Shown: positions 27,478 through 38,356 of the stretch, piece by piece
Numbering within the stretch: the stretch's first letter is position 1
Layout of the letters: each line of letters starts with the position of its first letter
NCBI GenBank assembly: GCA_964349555.1
Contig: CAYGGK010000001.1
Span: 120,330 to 184,329, forward strand
DNA length: 64,000 bases
Direction: 5' to 3'
DNA from: an uncultured Candidatus Saccharibacteria bacterium
Lineage (GTDB): Bacteria > Patescibacteriota > Minisyncoccia > Phycocordibacterales > Phycocordibacteraceae
Position numbers and translations under genes: made by a program
The notes under the pieces: model-generated
The model's input: only the letters and a program-made list of their open reading frames with translations
Databases searched by the model: none
Told to the model about the DNA's origin: nothing

Positions 27478-28740
27478 TTAAAGATACAGCAGAGGATCAA
27501 GGTACGCATTTGGAGGTGCGATCGGTATAGTCACAACCGATCTATTCCAACAAGTGAATTGTTTAAACTGGACCGCCTCGGCGATATATACGCCAAAGTG
27601 AAGGTGGGGACCGGTCGCGTAGCCTGTGTTGCCGGAAAATCCGATAATCTGACCGGTAGAAACACTAGCTCCCTTCTGCACATTGACAACGGAAAGGTGC
27701 GCATACAGTGTCGCGAGACCGTTCGGGTGGACAACGAGCACCCACTTTCCGTACTGACAGTTCGGCACCGCGCCTTGGTTAATCGAGAGTACGGTTCCTG
27801 AAAGCGCGGAGCGAATGGGTGTGCCGGTGAGCGCACGAAAGTCTACGCCGTTGTGCGTCCCGGAAACATAGAGTCGTTGAGAGGAGGAAGTTTTACCGAA
27901 CTGTTGCGTGACGAGTACGTTGTCAAGCGGCCATCTCAAAACTCCCTTGCCCACGGGAGGAAGACGTCCTGGGTCGAGCACATATTGGAGTTGTGATTCA
28001 AGCCTAAACAACGCCGCCTCAAAGGCAGTTTGTTCGGCTTTCTTATTTGCCACTATTTTTTGATAGGCGCTTTCTTGATTCTTTGTGTCGGCCAGAAGTT
28101 TCTGTTGCGCCGCCTTTTGGATATCGACAGACCTTTTCTGCACGGCAAGCTCGTTTTGAAGTGCTACAAGAATTGCCCTTTCTTTTGTTACCGCGTCACG
28201 ATCTTCGGCGAGCTCTGTGCGCACGGCGCGCAAATTCTGGATGTCACTTGCGAGCGCTTGATTAAATTGCGCCGCCTGGTCGGTTGCTTGCCATGCATCG
28301 CGTAAGGAACGCGAGGAGATAACTTGAATGACGAGCGGGGACTGTTCCGTCTCGACAATGCCGCGAAGCGCCTTCGCAATCGCACTTTGGTTTTCGGCAA
28401 TAGATTCTTCTTTATCACCGATAAAAAGCGTGAGCTCTTTTATTTTAAGATTAACCGAAGCGATTTTGTTCTGAGTTACTTTTATTTCGCTCGCAAGCTT
28501 CTTTTGGGAGAGAGCGAGTGCGTTAATAGTTGACTGGAGGGTGTCTTTCTTCGAACCAAGAACATCGAGTTGTCTTTGAAACGAGGCAATTTCGACTTTG
28601 AGCGCTTCGAGCTGGCGGTTATTCTCATCAATCTGGGACTGGATGCTGGCCGCTGATTGTGCGTGAGTGACAGCCGGAACGTATGAGACACACGAAAGAA
28701 AAAGAAAGAAAAGACAGCAGGTAGTGCGCGAGCAACTCAT
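27478..28740 (-). CDS. M23 family metallopeptidase with N-terminal coiled-coil (EnvC-like)
   Basis: Signal peptide, a long coiled-coil, then HNGVDF…HLHFGVY zinc ligands. Its ATG sits right after the gltX stop. Confidence 0.75.
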   Translation of the reverse strand: MSCSRTTCCLFFLFLSCVSYVPAVTHAQSAASIQSQIDENNRQLEALKVEIASFQRQLDVLGSKKDTLQSTINALALSQKKLASEIKVTQNKIASVNLKIKELTLFIGDKEESIAENQSAIAKALRGIVETEQSPLVIQVISSRSLRDAWQATDQAAQFNQALASDIQNLRAVRTELAEDRDAVTKERAILVALQNELAVQKRSVDIQKAAQQKLLADTKNQESAYQKIVANKKAEQTAFEAALFRLESQLQYVLDPGRLPPVGKGVLRWPLDNVLVTQQFGKTSSSQRLYVSGTHNGVDFRALTGTPIRSALSGTVLSINQGAVPNCQYGKWVLVVHPNGLATLYAHLSVVNVQKGASVSTGQIIGFSGNTGYATGPHLHFGVYIAEAVQFKQFTCWNRSVVTIPIAPPNAYLDPLLYL

Positions 28741-30056
28741 CCATCGAGTATACCAATAGCTTTCTCTATACGCGAAGCCGCTTCTTCTTTGCCGAGAATT
28801 GAGATAAGAGTGAAAGGATCTGGAGAACGTTCTTGTCCGGACAGCGCGTAACGCGCCGGCCAAAGCACAGATCCCCTTCCCCCCTTCCCTTTTGTTTCTT
28901 CCGCATCAGCAAGTGGCATAATAACCTCCTTAACCGCTTCGGCGGAGGCATCCTCGGGGAGAGTTTGTATGAGCTCCAGAAGGTCTTTCAGAGCTCTTAT
29001 CGCTGTGCCGGGGCGGTCGTGGGGTTCTTTTACAAGGAGCTGATTTTTATCAAGCGTTGGCTCGTTAAAAAAACAAGAGAGTTCTCCCGCAAGCATCTCG
29101 CGCGCCTCGCTGAAAGTTTTTGCGCGATCTTTCAAGAGCGGCACGAGTTTGGCACTTGGAAGATGAGCTTCCAAGTGGGTGAGGAAATCGGAGTCAGAAA
29201 GTTCACGCATCCAGTGCTGATTAACGGAGAGGAGTTTTACTTCATCAAAGATGGCGCTTCCCTTCTGCACGCGTGAAAGATCGAAAGCTTCAACGAGCTC
29301 CTCTCGAGAGAGGTATTCTCGCTCATCGCCGGGGTTCCAACCCAGGAACGCAAGATAATTAAGCATCGCTTCTGGCAGAATTCCCTCGTCGCGATATTCA
29401 GTCAAAGCTTTTGCGCTGGTACGTTTACCGAGCTTCTTACGCGCACTATCTAAAATGAGCGGCAAGTGCGCATAGAGAGGTATTGGGAGACCGAGGGCCC
29501 TTTGTATAAGCATCTGCCGTGCCGTGTTTGATATATGATCTCCGCCGCGGATAACGTGGGTAATCTTTTCATCCGCATCGTCTACCACAACGGCAAAGTG
29601 GAAAACGGGTTCGTCAAGAGAGCGCGCAATGACAAAATCGCCGAGGTCGTCCACGCCAGTCGCTATCTCGCCGCGTATGATATCGGTGAATATCACCATC
29701 CCGCCTGGATTTTTAAAACGGATAACCTCTTCCCTATCGCCGGGAGCCTTTGGCGTTTCTTTTGAAATGTAGGCGGCACCGTCGGCAATGAGCTTTTCTA
29801 AAAGTTCGCGATGCCGTGCTCGGTGTTCGCTCTGGCGGTACTGCTCATCTATCGGGAGTTGGAGCCACGCAAGAGTGTCGATGATGTTTTTTTCGTATTC
29901 TGGCTTTGATCGCACGGCGTCAGTATCTTCTATACGCACAATAAACTTTCCGCCTTCGTGTTTCGCGAAGAGATACGCGAACACCGCGGTCCGATAATTT
30001 CCGGCGTGCATGAAGCCGGTTGGTGATGGAGCGAAACGAGTAACGACCTTGCTCAT
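28737..30056 (-). CDS. gltX: Glutamyl-tRNA synthetase
   Basis: TRFAPSPTGFMHAGN (HIGH) and VRIEDTD. Confidence 0.85.
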   Translation of the reverse strand: MSKVVTRFAPSPTGFMHAGNYRTAVFAYLFAKHEGGKFIVRIEDTDAVRSKPEYEKNIIDTLAWLQLPIDEQYRQSEHRARHRELLEKLIADGAAYISKETPKAPGDREEVIRFKNPGGMVIFTDIIRGEIATGVDDLGDFVIARSLDEPVFHFAVVVDDADEKITHVIRGGDHISNTARQMLIQRALGLPIPLYAHLPLILDSARKKLGKRTSAKALTEYRDEGILPEAMLNYLAFLGWNPGDEREYLSREELVEAFDLSRVQKGSAIFDEVKLLSVNQHWMRELSDSDFLTHLEAHLPSAKLVPLLKDRAKTFSEAREMLAGELSCFFNEPTLDKNQLLVKEPHDRPGTAIRALKDLLELIQTLPEDASAEAVKEVIMPLADAEETKGKGGRGSVLWPARYALSGQERSPDPFTLISILGKEEAASRIEKAIGILDG

Positions 30057-31192
30057 GACTTGTGCGAGAGACTGATAGCGAGTAACTCGTTGGCAAGAAT
30101 ACGCGCGGCGTCCAGGTCGGTGAAGCCCTCTGCCCCCGCAATCATACGTTTCGCGAGTTCGGGGTCGTTCACGATACGCTGTATTTCAGACACGAGAAGG
30201 TGCGGGGCAAGATTCTCTTCTTCGAGTACGACGGCCGCTCCTGTCTGAGCATATGCGTATGCGTTGGTACGCTGGTCGTGACTCACTGACTCCGGGATAG
30301 GGATAAGAATTGACGGTTTCTTCCAAAGGCCGATCTCGGCGATAGAGTTGGATCCGGCGCGCGAAACGATGAGCGTTGCCGCTCCGGCGGCCCTCTGGAG
30401 CGAAACCTCGTCTAAGTAGTTGATAGGGTGGTAGCGCTCGGCATGCGGGTGCTTTGTGAGAATGACTTGAGAAACCGCTTGAACGTTTTTAAAATTCGCT
30501 TGACCGGTCTGGTGGATGACGTTCGCGAAGGAGACGAGGTCCGGCAAGGCCGAGAGGACGACCTCGTTTATCTTCACGGCGCCTTGAGAGCCGCCCAAGA
30601 TAAGGATCGTCGGTATATTTGATTCAAGTCCGAGATACTGTCGCGCGCCCTCAAGCTCTACGCGCGCAAGGGCCTTACGAATCGGGATGCCAGTACGGGC
30701 GATCTTACTTCGCGTTTTTTCTGGAAACAGTACTGCGGCGCTATCGTAAGAAATAGCGATTTTTACCGCGAACGGCGCGGCAAGCAAGCTCGCTCGGCCC
30801 GGCTTCGCATCCGATTCGTGAATGACAACGGGAATACCCAAGAGCCGCGCCGCGAGTATCGTTGGAACACTGCCATACCCGCCCTTGCCCATCACGACGT
30901 CAGGGTATAAGCGAAAAAGTGTCACAATCGCTCTTGCCGTCCCGGCGAGCGTAACGAACAAGTCGGTCACATTCAAAAATGAAAAGTAACGTCGCCACTT
31001 CCCTGCCGGTATGGAGACGTAGGTGATGCTGTTTTCAAAAAGCGCCTTTTCATCAAACGGGGTCGGGGAGAGATAGTAAAGCTTTGGTTCAATAAGGCGC
31101 TTCTCGCGCGCCACGTCCCGGACAGCCTCGGCAATGGCGATGATCGGGTAAAAATGCCCTCCCGTCCCTCCTCCGGTGAACACGATGGTCAT
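30053..31192 (-). CDS. murG: Undecaprenyl-PP-MurNAc-pentapeptide UDP-GlcNAc transferase
   Basis: FTGGGTGGHFYP. Confidence 0.85.
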   Translation of the reverse strand: MTIVFTGGGTGGHFYPIIAIAEAVRDVAREKRLIEPKLYYLSPTPFDEKALFENSITYVSIPAGKWRRYFSFLNVTDLFVTLAGTARAIVTLFRLYPDVVMGKGGYGSVPTILAARLLGIPVVIHESDAKPGRASLLAAPFAVKIAISYDSAAVLFPEKTRSKIARTGIPIRKALARVELEGARQYLGLESNIPTILILGGSQGAVKINEVVLSALPDLVSFANVIHQTGQANFKNVQAVSQVILTKHPHAERYHPINYLDEVSLQRAAGAATLIVSRAGSNSIAEIGLWKKPSILIPIPESVSHDQRTNAYAYAQTGAAVVLEEENLAPHLLVSEIQRIVNDPELAKRMIAGAEGFTDLDAARILANELLAISLSHKS

Positions 31193-31211
31193 ATTAAGAC
31201 TATATCAGTTT

Positions 31212-32309
31212 TCAGTTCTTGCGGTGGGCGGCGATGTTGAGGATAAGGCCGCACATGATGAGGACAGCCATGAGTGCGGTTCCACCGTGCGAGATGAACG
31301 GCAGTGGCATACCGGTGAGCGGAATAATGCCGAGCATAGCCGACATGTTTATAAAGGCCTGCACGATGATAAGGCAAGAAAACCCGAGCGCGACAAGTCC
31401 ACCAAAAAGGTCGTGCGAGTTCCCCGCTATTACGACGCCTCTCGCCGCGAGCGCGACAAAAAGTATGACGAGGATTACCGCGCCGACAAATCCGGTTTCT
31501 TCGGCAAAAACGGCGAAAATGGAGTCCCCATCTGGCTCCGGTAAATAATTGAATTTCCCAGCGCTCTGACCGAACCCCCTGCCGAGGAGTCCTCCCGAGC
31601 CGATAGCGATGAGCGACTGCTGGATTTGATACCCACTGCTAAGCGAATTCGCCGACGGGTCAATAAATGTTTTGACGCGCTCCAACACATACGGTCGCGC
31701 AAGGACAATCATAAGAAGAGCGAGGATGGCGCAGACCGCCAGAATCGCCGAGTCCCGCCACGGAGCCCCGGCGGCAAAATACATTATCCATCCGGTAATG
31801 AGAATGAGAATAGTTGCAGAGGTATTCGGTTGAGCCAGTAGAAGAACGCTTGGGAGAGCAAGCAGAGCGATAAATGGCAGTATTCCTTTTTTCGGATCTG
31901 CGAGCCCACGCGCGCGCGGCGCAAGCCACCACGCGAGAGCAAGGACGAAGCCGATTTTCAAGAATTCAGCTGGTTGAACGGTCGTAAAGCCAAGGTCAAT
32001 CCATCGTGTGGCTCCTCCGGAATGGAACCCTACGCCGGGAACGAAGACGAGCGCGGTAAAAAAAACAGTACTCAGATATAGGTATGGCGCGAGACTTTTT
32101 ATACGCGCGAGCGGAACCGCTCTCGCGATAAGAAGTGCCACGCACCCGAGCCCAAATCCAAGTCCTGCCTGGATTAGGATGTCCCGTGACACGGAACTGC
32201 TTTCGCGCGCGAGGAGTCCGAGGGAGGCGGAAGAGAAGATCGCGAGACCAACAAGCACAATACCAAGTACGAGCATAAAAAACACTCGGTCACCGGAGAC
32301 AAATTTCAT
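31212..32309 (-). CDS. ftsW: SEDS family peptidoglycan polymerase (FtsW/RodA)
   Basis: Ten TM helices with SEDS motifs. Confidence 0.8.
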   Translation of the reverse strand: MKFVSGDRVFFMLVLGIVLVGLAIFSSASLGLLARESSSVSRDILIQAGLGFGLGCVALLIARAVPLARIKSLAPYLYLSTVFFTALVFVPGVGFHSGGATRWIDLGFTTVQPAEFLKIGFVLALAWWLAPRARGLADPKKGILPFIALLALPSVLLLAQPNTSATILILITGWIMYFAAGAPWRDSAILAVCAILALLMIVLARPYVLERVKTFIDPSANSLSSGYQIQQSLIAIGSGGLLGRGFGQSAGKFNYLPEPDGDSIFAVFAEETGFVGAVILVILFVALAARGVVIAGNSHDLFGGLVALGFSCLIIVQAFINMSAMLGIIPLTGMPLPFISHGGTALMAVLIMCGLILNIAAHRKN

Positions 32310-32312
32310 ACG

Positions 32313-33389
32313 CTACTTAATAAGAGCAACTGTCATACCGAGGATGGCGCACATGATTGAGATGATCCAGTAACGCATGGTGACCTTATACGAGGGCCAC
32401 CCGATCGCTTCGAAATGATGATGGAGTGGCGCGATGCGGAACATCTTCTTCCCCCACATTTTTTTTGAAACGACTTGAACAATGTTTGAAAGGACCGTAA
32501 CAATGAGAGGAAGCGCAATGATAAAAAGCGCCGCGACACCGTACCCGTTCCCCGGCGTATCGGTCATAAAGGCGATAACGGCGAGCGTCAGCGTGAGACC
32601 CATGGTCCCCGTTTCTGTCATCCAAAATCGGGCGGGTGGAATGTTGAACCAGAGAAAGGCGAGTATCGCGCCCGTTAAGGTCGCCGAAAATGCCGCTAAG
32701 TTGATCTGGTCTTGGAAATATGCGATGCCTGCATACGCCATGAAGATAGTGCTAAAGACGCCGCCTGACAACCCGTCGATACCGTCTATGACTCCTCCCG
32801 CGTAGAGCCCCAGCGATACCAGGATAAAGAGAGGGACGATAAGCGCGCCAAGGTAGAGAACCCCATCGGCGGGGATACCGATTGATACCATACCGAGCTT
32901 CACATAGAACCACCAGCCAATAAAACTGGAAATAAGCGTGACGAAGAGAAGCCGCGTGCTTAGTGGCATACCTTGCTTGCCTGACGGCTGGATATCAAGC
33001 AGGTCGTTGACAAAGCCGACCAGCGCGCCCGCCAAAAGAGTGAAGAGGGGGACCCACGTCTGACTGCGACTGAGAAAGTCGAGTTTTTGTATAAACGGTG
33101 ACGATATTAGTTGGGACAGCACCCACGTCCCTCCGGTAACAAGAATGACCGTCACCCAAATAAGAATACCGCCCATGCGTGGCGTGGAGGTCTCGGTTCC
33201 CGCGTGAACTGTCGCACGAAGCCTCTCGAATTCGGTTGCCGGAGTGCCGTCAAGTGCGATCTTTGTTGCCACCTTCTTCCACAAACGATACTTATATAGA
33301 TAATGCGTAAGGAGAGGAGCCAACAAAATTCCAATAACGAAAGCGGCTATGGCTGGGATGAAAACTTTAATGACACCGCTCTCAATCAT
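32313..33389 (-). CDS. mraY: Phospho-N-acetylmuramoyl-pentapeptide transferase
   Basis: NDLLD and VIDGIDGLSGG. Confidence 0.8.
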   Translation of the reverse strand: MIESGVIKVFIPAIAAFVIGILLAPLLTHYLYKYRLWKKVATKIALDGTPATEFERLRATVHAGTETSTPRMGGILIWVTVILVTGGTWVLSQLISSPFIQKLDFLSRSQTWVPLFTLLAGALVGFVNDLLDIQPSGKQGMPLSTRLLFVTLISSFIGWWFYVKLGMVSIGIPADGVLYLGALIVPLFILVSLGLYAGGVIDGIDGLSGGVFSTIFMAYAGIAYFQDQINLAAFSATLTGAILAFLWFNIPPARFWMTETGTMGLTLTLAVIAFMTDTPGNGYGVAALFIIALPLIVTVLSNIVQVVSKKMWGKKMFRIAPLHHHFEAIGWPSYKVTMRYWIISIMCAILGMTVALIK

Positions 33390-34336
33390 AATGAGACGCT
33401 ATTTGCGAAGTGCGTGAGCGTTGCGGCAAGGAGCGTAGCGCCATCGGTAAAGCGCGCTTTCTGCGAAGAACCAAGTACGACGATGGCGATTGGGTGCCCC
33501 ATACCCGCATCAAAAACAATCGCAAGATTACCACCAGCAAGATCGGTATAGCCCGTTTTTGAGAGTAGAAGGCCAGGAATCGTCTCGACCAGCTGGTTGG
33601 TATTTTTTACTGAAAAAGAGGTACCTCCCACCGAGACCGCCTCGGCAGAGAGCTTTGTTGTCGCGGCGGCAATTGCGGGCGCTATCTCTACGAGAGCTCC
33701 AGCGACGCGAGCGAAATCTCGTGCGGAGCCATAGGCACCCGAGACAGCCGTGTTCATATCAAGACCGCTACTGTTAACTGCGTACGTTTGAGATAATCCG
33801 AGTGAGGAGACGGCGCTCGCGAGAAGGTCAATCTGCGTACTGTTTCCTCTCTCGACGGCCGCGTCCCCGATCGCAACGGCTCCGTCGTTGAGAGAAGCCG
33901 TAAGGGTAAGGCGTGCAAGATCGAAGAGCGAAAATGTTTGACCTACAGAAAACGTGCGCGGCCCCTCTGAGGAAGCGGCGCTCTTGTGGATGGTGATTAG
34001 CGTGTCTGGCGATAGCACCGTGAGAGCGCCGTAGACCGTAAGGAGTTTAGTAAGCGAAGCCAGCGGGAGTTGCGCGTCAGCGTTTTTTTCATATAGCGTT
34101 TCTCCGGTCGCTAGATCATAGACGATGGCCGCCTGCGCTTCAAGCGGAACGTGAGCGAATGCGTCTGGTGCGACAGAGTTTTCAATCGTAATAGAGTCGG
34201 ATACAGACTGCTCTATGGGAACGCTCGGTATGAGTAAAAAGAGAGCAAGAATGCCGGAGGCGACAAGCAGGGCAATGCCGGCTTCGCGCATAGAGCGGGT
34301 ATCATGAGCGAGCTGCCTGAGGTCGGGGATGTTCAT
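33386..34336 (-). CDS. D-alanyl-D-alanine carboxypeptidase (S11)
   Basis: SLTK (SxxK) and KTGYT. Confidence 0.7.
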   Translation of the reverse strand: MNIPDLRQLAHDTRSMREAGIALLVASGILALFLLIPSVPIEQSVSDSITIENSVAPDAFAHVPLEAQAAIVYDLATGETLYEKNADAQLPLASLTKLLTVYGALTVLSPDTLITIHKSAASSEGPRTFSVGQTFSLFDLARLTLTASLNDGAVAIGDAAVERGNSTQIDLLASAVSSLGLSQTYAVNSSGLDMNTAVSGAYGSARDFARVAGALVEIAPAIAAATTKLSAEAVSVGGTSFSVKNTNQLVETIPGLLLSKTGYTDLAGGNLAIVFDAGMGHPIAIVVLGSSQKARFTDGATLLAATLTHFANSVSL

Positions 34337-34881
34337 GCGGGTTCGGTTTCAATAACCGCCTGAGCGGCCGCGCTGAGCTCTGCGGAGCGCGGGAGGTCCT
34401 CAGCGCGTGTGATGCCCAAATAAGCAAGCGCCTCGGTCGTGAGACCGTATCGCATACGTCGTTTATCCCGCTCGTCTTCCCTCCCCTCTATCAACCCGCG
34501 CATAAGAAGGGTGTGGAGCGATGCAGATGAGTTAACGCCACGCACCCAGTCTATCTCGCCGCGCGTGGCTCCTCTTTGGTACGCGATGACCGCGAGCGTC
34601 TCCATACTCGCTTTCCCTAAGTCGCGCGCGAGTTCGTTCTCGCGGAGTTTTTTCACGATAGGAGCGGCTTCACTCGCGGTTCGCATTTCAACCTCACTCT
34701 CTGTTTCTATGACCGACACGCCGCGCCCATCAAGCTGTTCGACTAGAGCCGTAAGGGCAACCTCCAGTTCGGCGTCTGTAAGACCAAGTAGTGCACAAAG
34801 GCGTTTTTTCTCGAGCGGTCCGCCGGAGGCGAACAGTAGAGCTTCAAGTGCGGCGGGAGGTGTAAGCATCTCTCTTAGCAT
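34333..34881 (-). CDS. scpB: Segregation and condensation protein B
   Basis: Tandem winged helices (…AYQRGATRGEIDWVRGV…). Confidence 0.75.
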   Translation of the reverse strand: MLREMLTPPAALEALLFASGGPLEKKRLCALLGLTDAELEVALTALVEQLDGRGVSVIETESEVEMRTASEAAPIVKKLRENELARDLGKASMETLAVIAYQRGATRGEIDWVRGVNSSASLHTLLMRGLIEGREDERDKRRMRYGLTTEALAYLGITRAEDLPRSAELSAAAQAVIETEPA

Positions 34882-34892
34882 ACTATGAAATG

Positions 34893-35636
34893 CTAGCCAT
34901 AATGAGGGATATTGGTGGGGGCAGTGTGGCTGATGCGGATGTCGCCGTGGAGAGTATGCTGCTCGGCCGCGACGGCGCCCTGCTTGACGAGTTCCAGTAG
35001 GGCGAGGAAGGAGACGATGACTTCTACACGCTCTTTTCTGCTCTTGGAAAACTCATTGAAAGAGAGTGCGAGCGCGCTCTGTACGCGCTTCGCGAGCAAG
35101 TCCATCATTTCTTCAATAGTAACGAGCGGTATGGCGCGCGCCTCAGGCAATTCTTCTACCACTTCGCGGGCGGCGAGCACGCGTGCGAGCGCCTCGGCAA
35201 GTGCATTCGTCGAGAGATCTTCGGAGGGGGCAAATGAAACTTCTCTCACTCGCTCCCCAGCCGGTAGCATGACTGCTCTTCCGAACATTCGCGAGAGTTC
35301 TCGGGCCGCTTCGCGCACCCTCTCATACGCCTCCAGTCGGCGTTTAAGGTCTTCAACGTCGGCACTCTCCTCGTCGGTAAGGGCGAGATCTGGAATGAGG
35401 GATTTGGATTTGATGAGGAGAAGAGTCGCGGCAATCTGGATGAAATTCGCCGTTTCTTCAATGGGAAATGTGTCTTGTGCGCGTACATGCTGAATAAAAT
35501 CTTCGGTGATATCTGCGAGCGCGAGGTCGTTCACGAGCAATTTGCGCGTCTCGATGAGGTCAAGCAAGAGCTCAAACGGGCCCTGGTATGCGTCCGTCTT
35601 GATTGAGAATCTTTCTTTAGTAGTTACCGGTTCCAT
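34893..35636 (-). CDS. scpA: Segregation and condensation protein A
   Basis: FELLLDLIETRKL kleisin N-terminal motif. Confidence 0.75.
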   Translation of the reverse strand: MEPVTTKERFSIKTDAYQGPFELLLDLIETRKLLVNDLALADITEDFIQHVRAQDTFPIEETANFIQIAATLLLIKSKSLIPDLALTDEESADVEDLKRRLEAYERVREAARELSRMFGRAVMLPAGERVREVSFAPSEDLSTNALAEALARVLAAREVVEELPEARAIPLVTIEEMMDLLAKRVQSALALSFNEFSKSRKERVEVIVSFLALLELVKQGAVAAEQHTLHGDIRISHTAPTNIPHYG

Positions 35637-37024
35637 TGTTCAATAAAGCGAATTAGGAGTCGTACTGGTGTTCCGGCGGCGCCTTTGCATAGCTCGTCGC
35701 CGGGCGCGGCGGTCATTCTTGGAGCTATGTCGAGGTGCGCCCACGGGCACTCCAGCTCTTTTGCAAATTGCCAAAGAAACATCCCGCCGTCGATGGCGCC
35801 TCCATAACGACTCTCAGCGCCACCCGGCACATTTTTAAGATCCGCAAACGTCCCCTTCACGCGGTCTTCGTATTCGTCCCACAAAGGAAGCCGCCACACA
35901 TAATCGCCCGACGTCTCGGCATCTTGAGAAATTTTTTCTGCAAGCGCATCGTCGCGTGTGAGAAGCGCGCTCGCGTGGAGGCCGAGCGCGGAGACCGCGG
36001 CACCAGTCAATGTCGCAATATCAATGACGACCGATGGCTTGAAGCGCTTCGCATACGAGAGCGCATCGGCGAGGATGATTCTGCCTTCCGCATCGGTGTC
36101 CAGCACCTCTATAGTTTTACCTGAGAGAGATTTTAGTACGTCCCCCGGACGATACGCATTATTGCCCGGCATATTTTCAACCGAGGGGATAAGACCGACT
36201 ACCGATTGTTTTAGTTTCAGTCGGGCGGCGAGCGTTACGGCGTGAATAACCGAAGCGGCACCCGACATATCCATGTGCATTTCATAGATGCCGGTTGACG
36301 GCTTAAGGTTGAGTCCGCCGCTATCGAAGGTAACGCCCTTACCGGCAAAAACAATCGGTCTTCGATTGTTTTTGCCACGAGCGACATTCGATGGGCGATA
36401 TTCCATTATGGTGAAAGTCGGCTTCTCGCTTGAGCCCTTTGCGACGCCAAGCAAGGCCCCCATACCAAGCTTCTTCATCTCTTTTTTTCCTAGAACCGTT
36501 ACTTTAATTGGCAGACCCTTCGCGGCGCTACGCGCCGCGTTTGCCAAAGCCGTCGGTGTCATGTCGCCCCCGGGAGTGTTCGCGAGCGCGCGGCAGGCAT
36601 TCACGGATCTTCCGATTTCTTGACCCTTCCAAATTGCCTTGGCGTCAGGAGATTTTCCATACAAAAGCATTTCTTCTACGACATCCCAGCCATCTTCTGG
36701 CTTCGCCTTGAAGATATTGAAATCAAAGTTCGCCATCTCAAAGTTCTCTGCGGCGGTCTGCGAATCATAAAATTTTTTAAATGTATCAAGTTGGAGGGCG
36801 ATTTTTTTAATTTTATTTGCCTTCGCTACCCGCACGATAGTACGACATAAGATTCTAAATTTTCTCGCATTCATCTCCTCCGGCTTCCCTACCCCCAACT
36901 CCAACCTCTCTATCCCCTTCTCATGCACAAAGCGCCGAGACTCTTTCGGTTTATCAATAAACTGCACGCGTACATACCCTTTCGGTGCTTTTTCAATATC
37001 TCCTTTCTTGGGCGTGATTTTCAT
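35624..37024 (-). CDS. pepA: Leucyl aminopeptidase (M17)
   Basis: NTDAEGRIILADAL and the M17 catalytic domain. Confidence 0.8.
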   Translation of the reverse strand: MKITPKKGDIEKAPKGYVRVQFIDKPKESRRFVHEKGIERLELGVGKPEEMNARKFRILCRTIVRVAKANKIKKIALQLDTFKKFYDSQTAAENFEMANFDFNIFKAKPEDGWDVVEEMLLYGKSPDAKAIWKGQEIGRSVNACRALANTPGGDMTPTALANAARSAAKGLPIKVTVLGKKEMKKLGMGALLGVAKGSSEKPTFTIMEYRPSNVARGKNNRRPIVFAGKGVTFDSGGLNLKPSTGIYEMHMDMSGAASVIHAVTLAARLKLKQSVVGLIPSVENMPGNNAYRPGDVLKSLSGKTIEVLDTDAEGRIILADALSYAKRFKPSVVIDIATLTGAAVSALGLHASALLTRDDALAEKISQDAETSGDYVWRLPLWDEYEDRVKGTFADLKNVPGGAESRYGGAIDGGMFLWQFAKELECPWAHLDIAPRMTAAPGDELCKGAAGTPVRLLIRFIEQWNR

Positions 37025-37028
37025 TGCG

Positions 37029-38351
37029 CTATTCTTTCTCGGTCGATTGTGAAGAAAGGAGAGTATCAATGCGATTCATGTCGCGCGGAAAGAGAGACGC
37101 TTCGCGGACGTTCGGGAGGTTAAGCATCTTCATTGTGAAGCGGTCAAGACCGGTCGAGCATCCGCCGTGTGGGGGAATACCGTATTTAAATGCCTGGAGG
37201 TAAAAACTGAACTTCTTTGGGTCCATCCCTCTCTTTTCAAAACAAGCAACCATTTGTTCGTAGTTATGGATGCGTTGCGCGCCACTGTTTATTTCAAGTC
37301 CACGGAACAAGAGATCGAATCCGCGACTAAGGCCCTCAGTGTCGTCCGGCATAGTGTAAAATGCACGAACTGTTGCTGGGAATTTAGTGATGAATACAAA
37401 GTCACTCTCGTGCTCTTTCAGTGCCCATTCAGAAATCTTACGCTCACCTTCTGGATCGAGGTCGTCTTCATTCGAGCCAACGATCTTTTGTGCTTCGCGA
37501 AGTGTGAGTACGGGAAATTTCTCACCGAGTTTCGGAATATCAGCATTAAGTAGCAGGAAGGTGTCTCTGTGCTTTTCTGTAACTTCATCCACCACGTCTC
37601 GAATAACTCGCTCAAGTACCACCAACACGTCCATTTCATCTTTAATGAATCCCATCTCGAAGTCCATTTGAGTGCTCTCCGAAAGATGTCGAGTAGTTGA
37701 ACTTTTCTCTGCACGGAAAACCTTAGTAACTGTCGACACTCGTTCGAATACACCAACCAGAATTTGCTTGTAGAGCTGCGGACTTGTCGCAAGATATGCG
37801 GCTGGGTGATCGTAGTAAGCAACCTTAAAAACCGCAGAACCCCCCTCAGCATCGCCACCGACAAGGCCGGGCGCTTGAAATTCAGTGAACCCCTGCTTCG
37901 CAAGCGAGCGTCGATACGCATCAACGATTGTCGCCTGAACGGAGAAAATATGTCGTGCACGTTCGGAGCGGAGAGTGAGCGGCAAGTGGTCAAGGTAGGT
38001 GTCCAGGTTGACTTCAGTATCTTTCTCAAACGGAAGTTCCTGCGCCTCGGCGAGGATGGTGATGGTGACCGCTTCAAGCTCCACGTTCCCATTCAGTCCT
38101 TCAACACGCATTTTTTCCGGACGCTCATTCACGACCCCCTCTATTTGAACAACCCATTCAGGGCGAAGCGTCTGTGCCGCAATAACCGCCTCGTGGTGAT
38201 TGGGGAGGCAGACGCACTGTACCTTCCCCGAGCGATCGCGAATGTCCAAGAAGACAAGCTTCCCGTGGTCACGGCGGACGTCCACCCAGCCTGAAATGGA
38301 GACAGTCTCGCCGACATGCTTCCCAATCTCCCCAATAAGCGTTCGCTCCAT
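37029..38351 (-). CDS. aspS: Aspartyl/asparaginyl-tRNA synthetase (class IIb, archaeal-size)
   Basis: N-terminal OB fold, motif 3 GGCSTGLDR. 440 aa. Confidence 0.8.
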   Translation of the reverse strand: MERTLIGEIGKHVGETVSISGWVDVRRDHGKLVFLDIRDRSGKVQCVCLPNHHEAVIAAQTLRPEWVVQIEGVVNERPEKMRVEGLNGNVELEAVTITILAEAQELPFEKDTEVNLDTYLDHLPLTLRSERARHIFSVQATIVDAYRRSLAKQGFTEFQAPGLVGGDAEGGSAVFKVAYYDHPAAYLATSPQLYKQILVGVFERVSTVTKVFRAEKSSTTRHLSESTQMDFEMGFIKDEMDVLVVLERVIRDVVDEVTEKHRDTFLLLNADIPKLGEKFPVLTLREAQKIVGSNEDDLDPEGERKISEWALKEHESDFVFITKFPATVRAFYTMPDDTEGLSRGFDLLFRGLEINSGAQRIHNYEQMVACFEKRGMDPKKFSFYLQAFKYGIPPHGGCSTGLDRFTMKMLNLPNVREASLFPRDMNRIDTLLSSQSTEKE

Positions 38352-38356
38352 AAGGT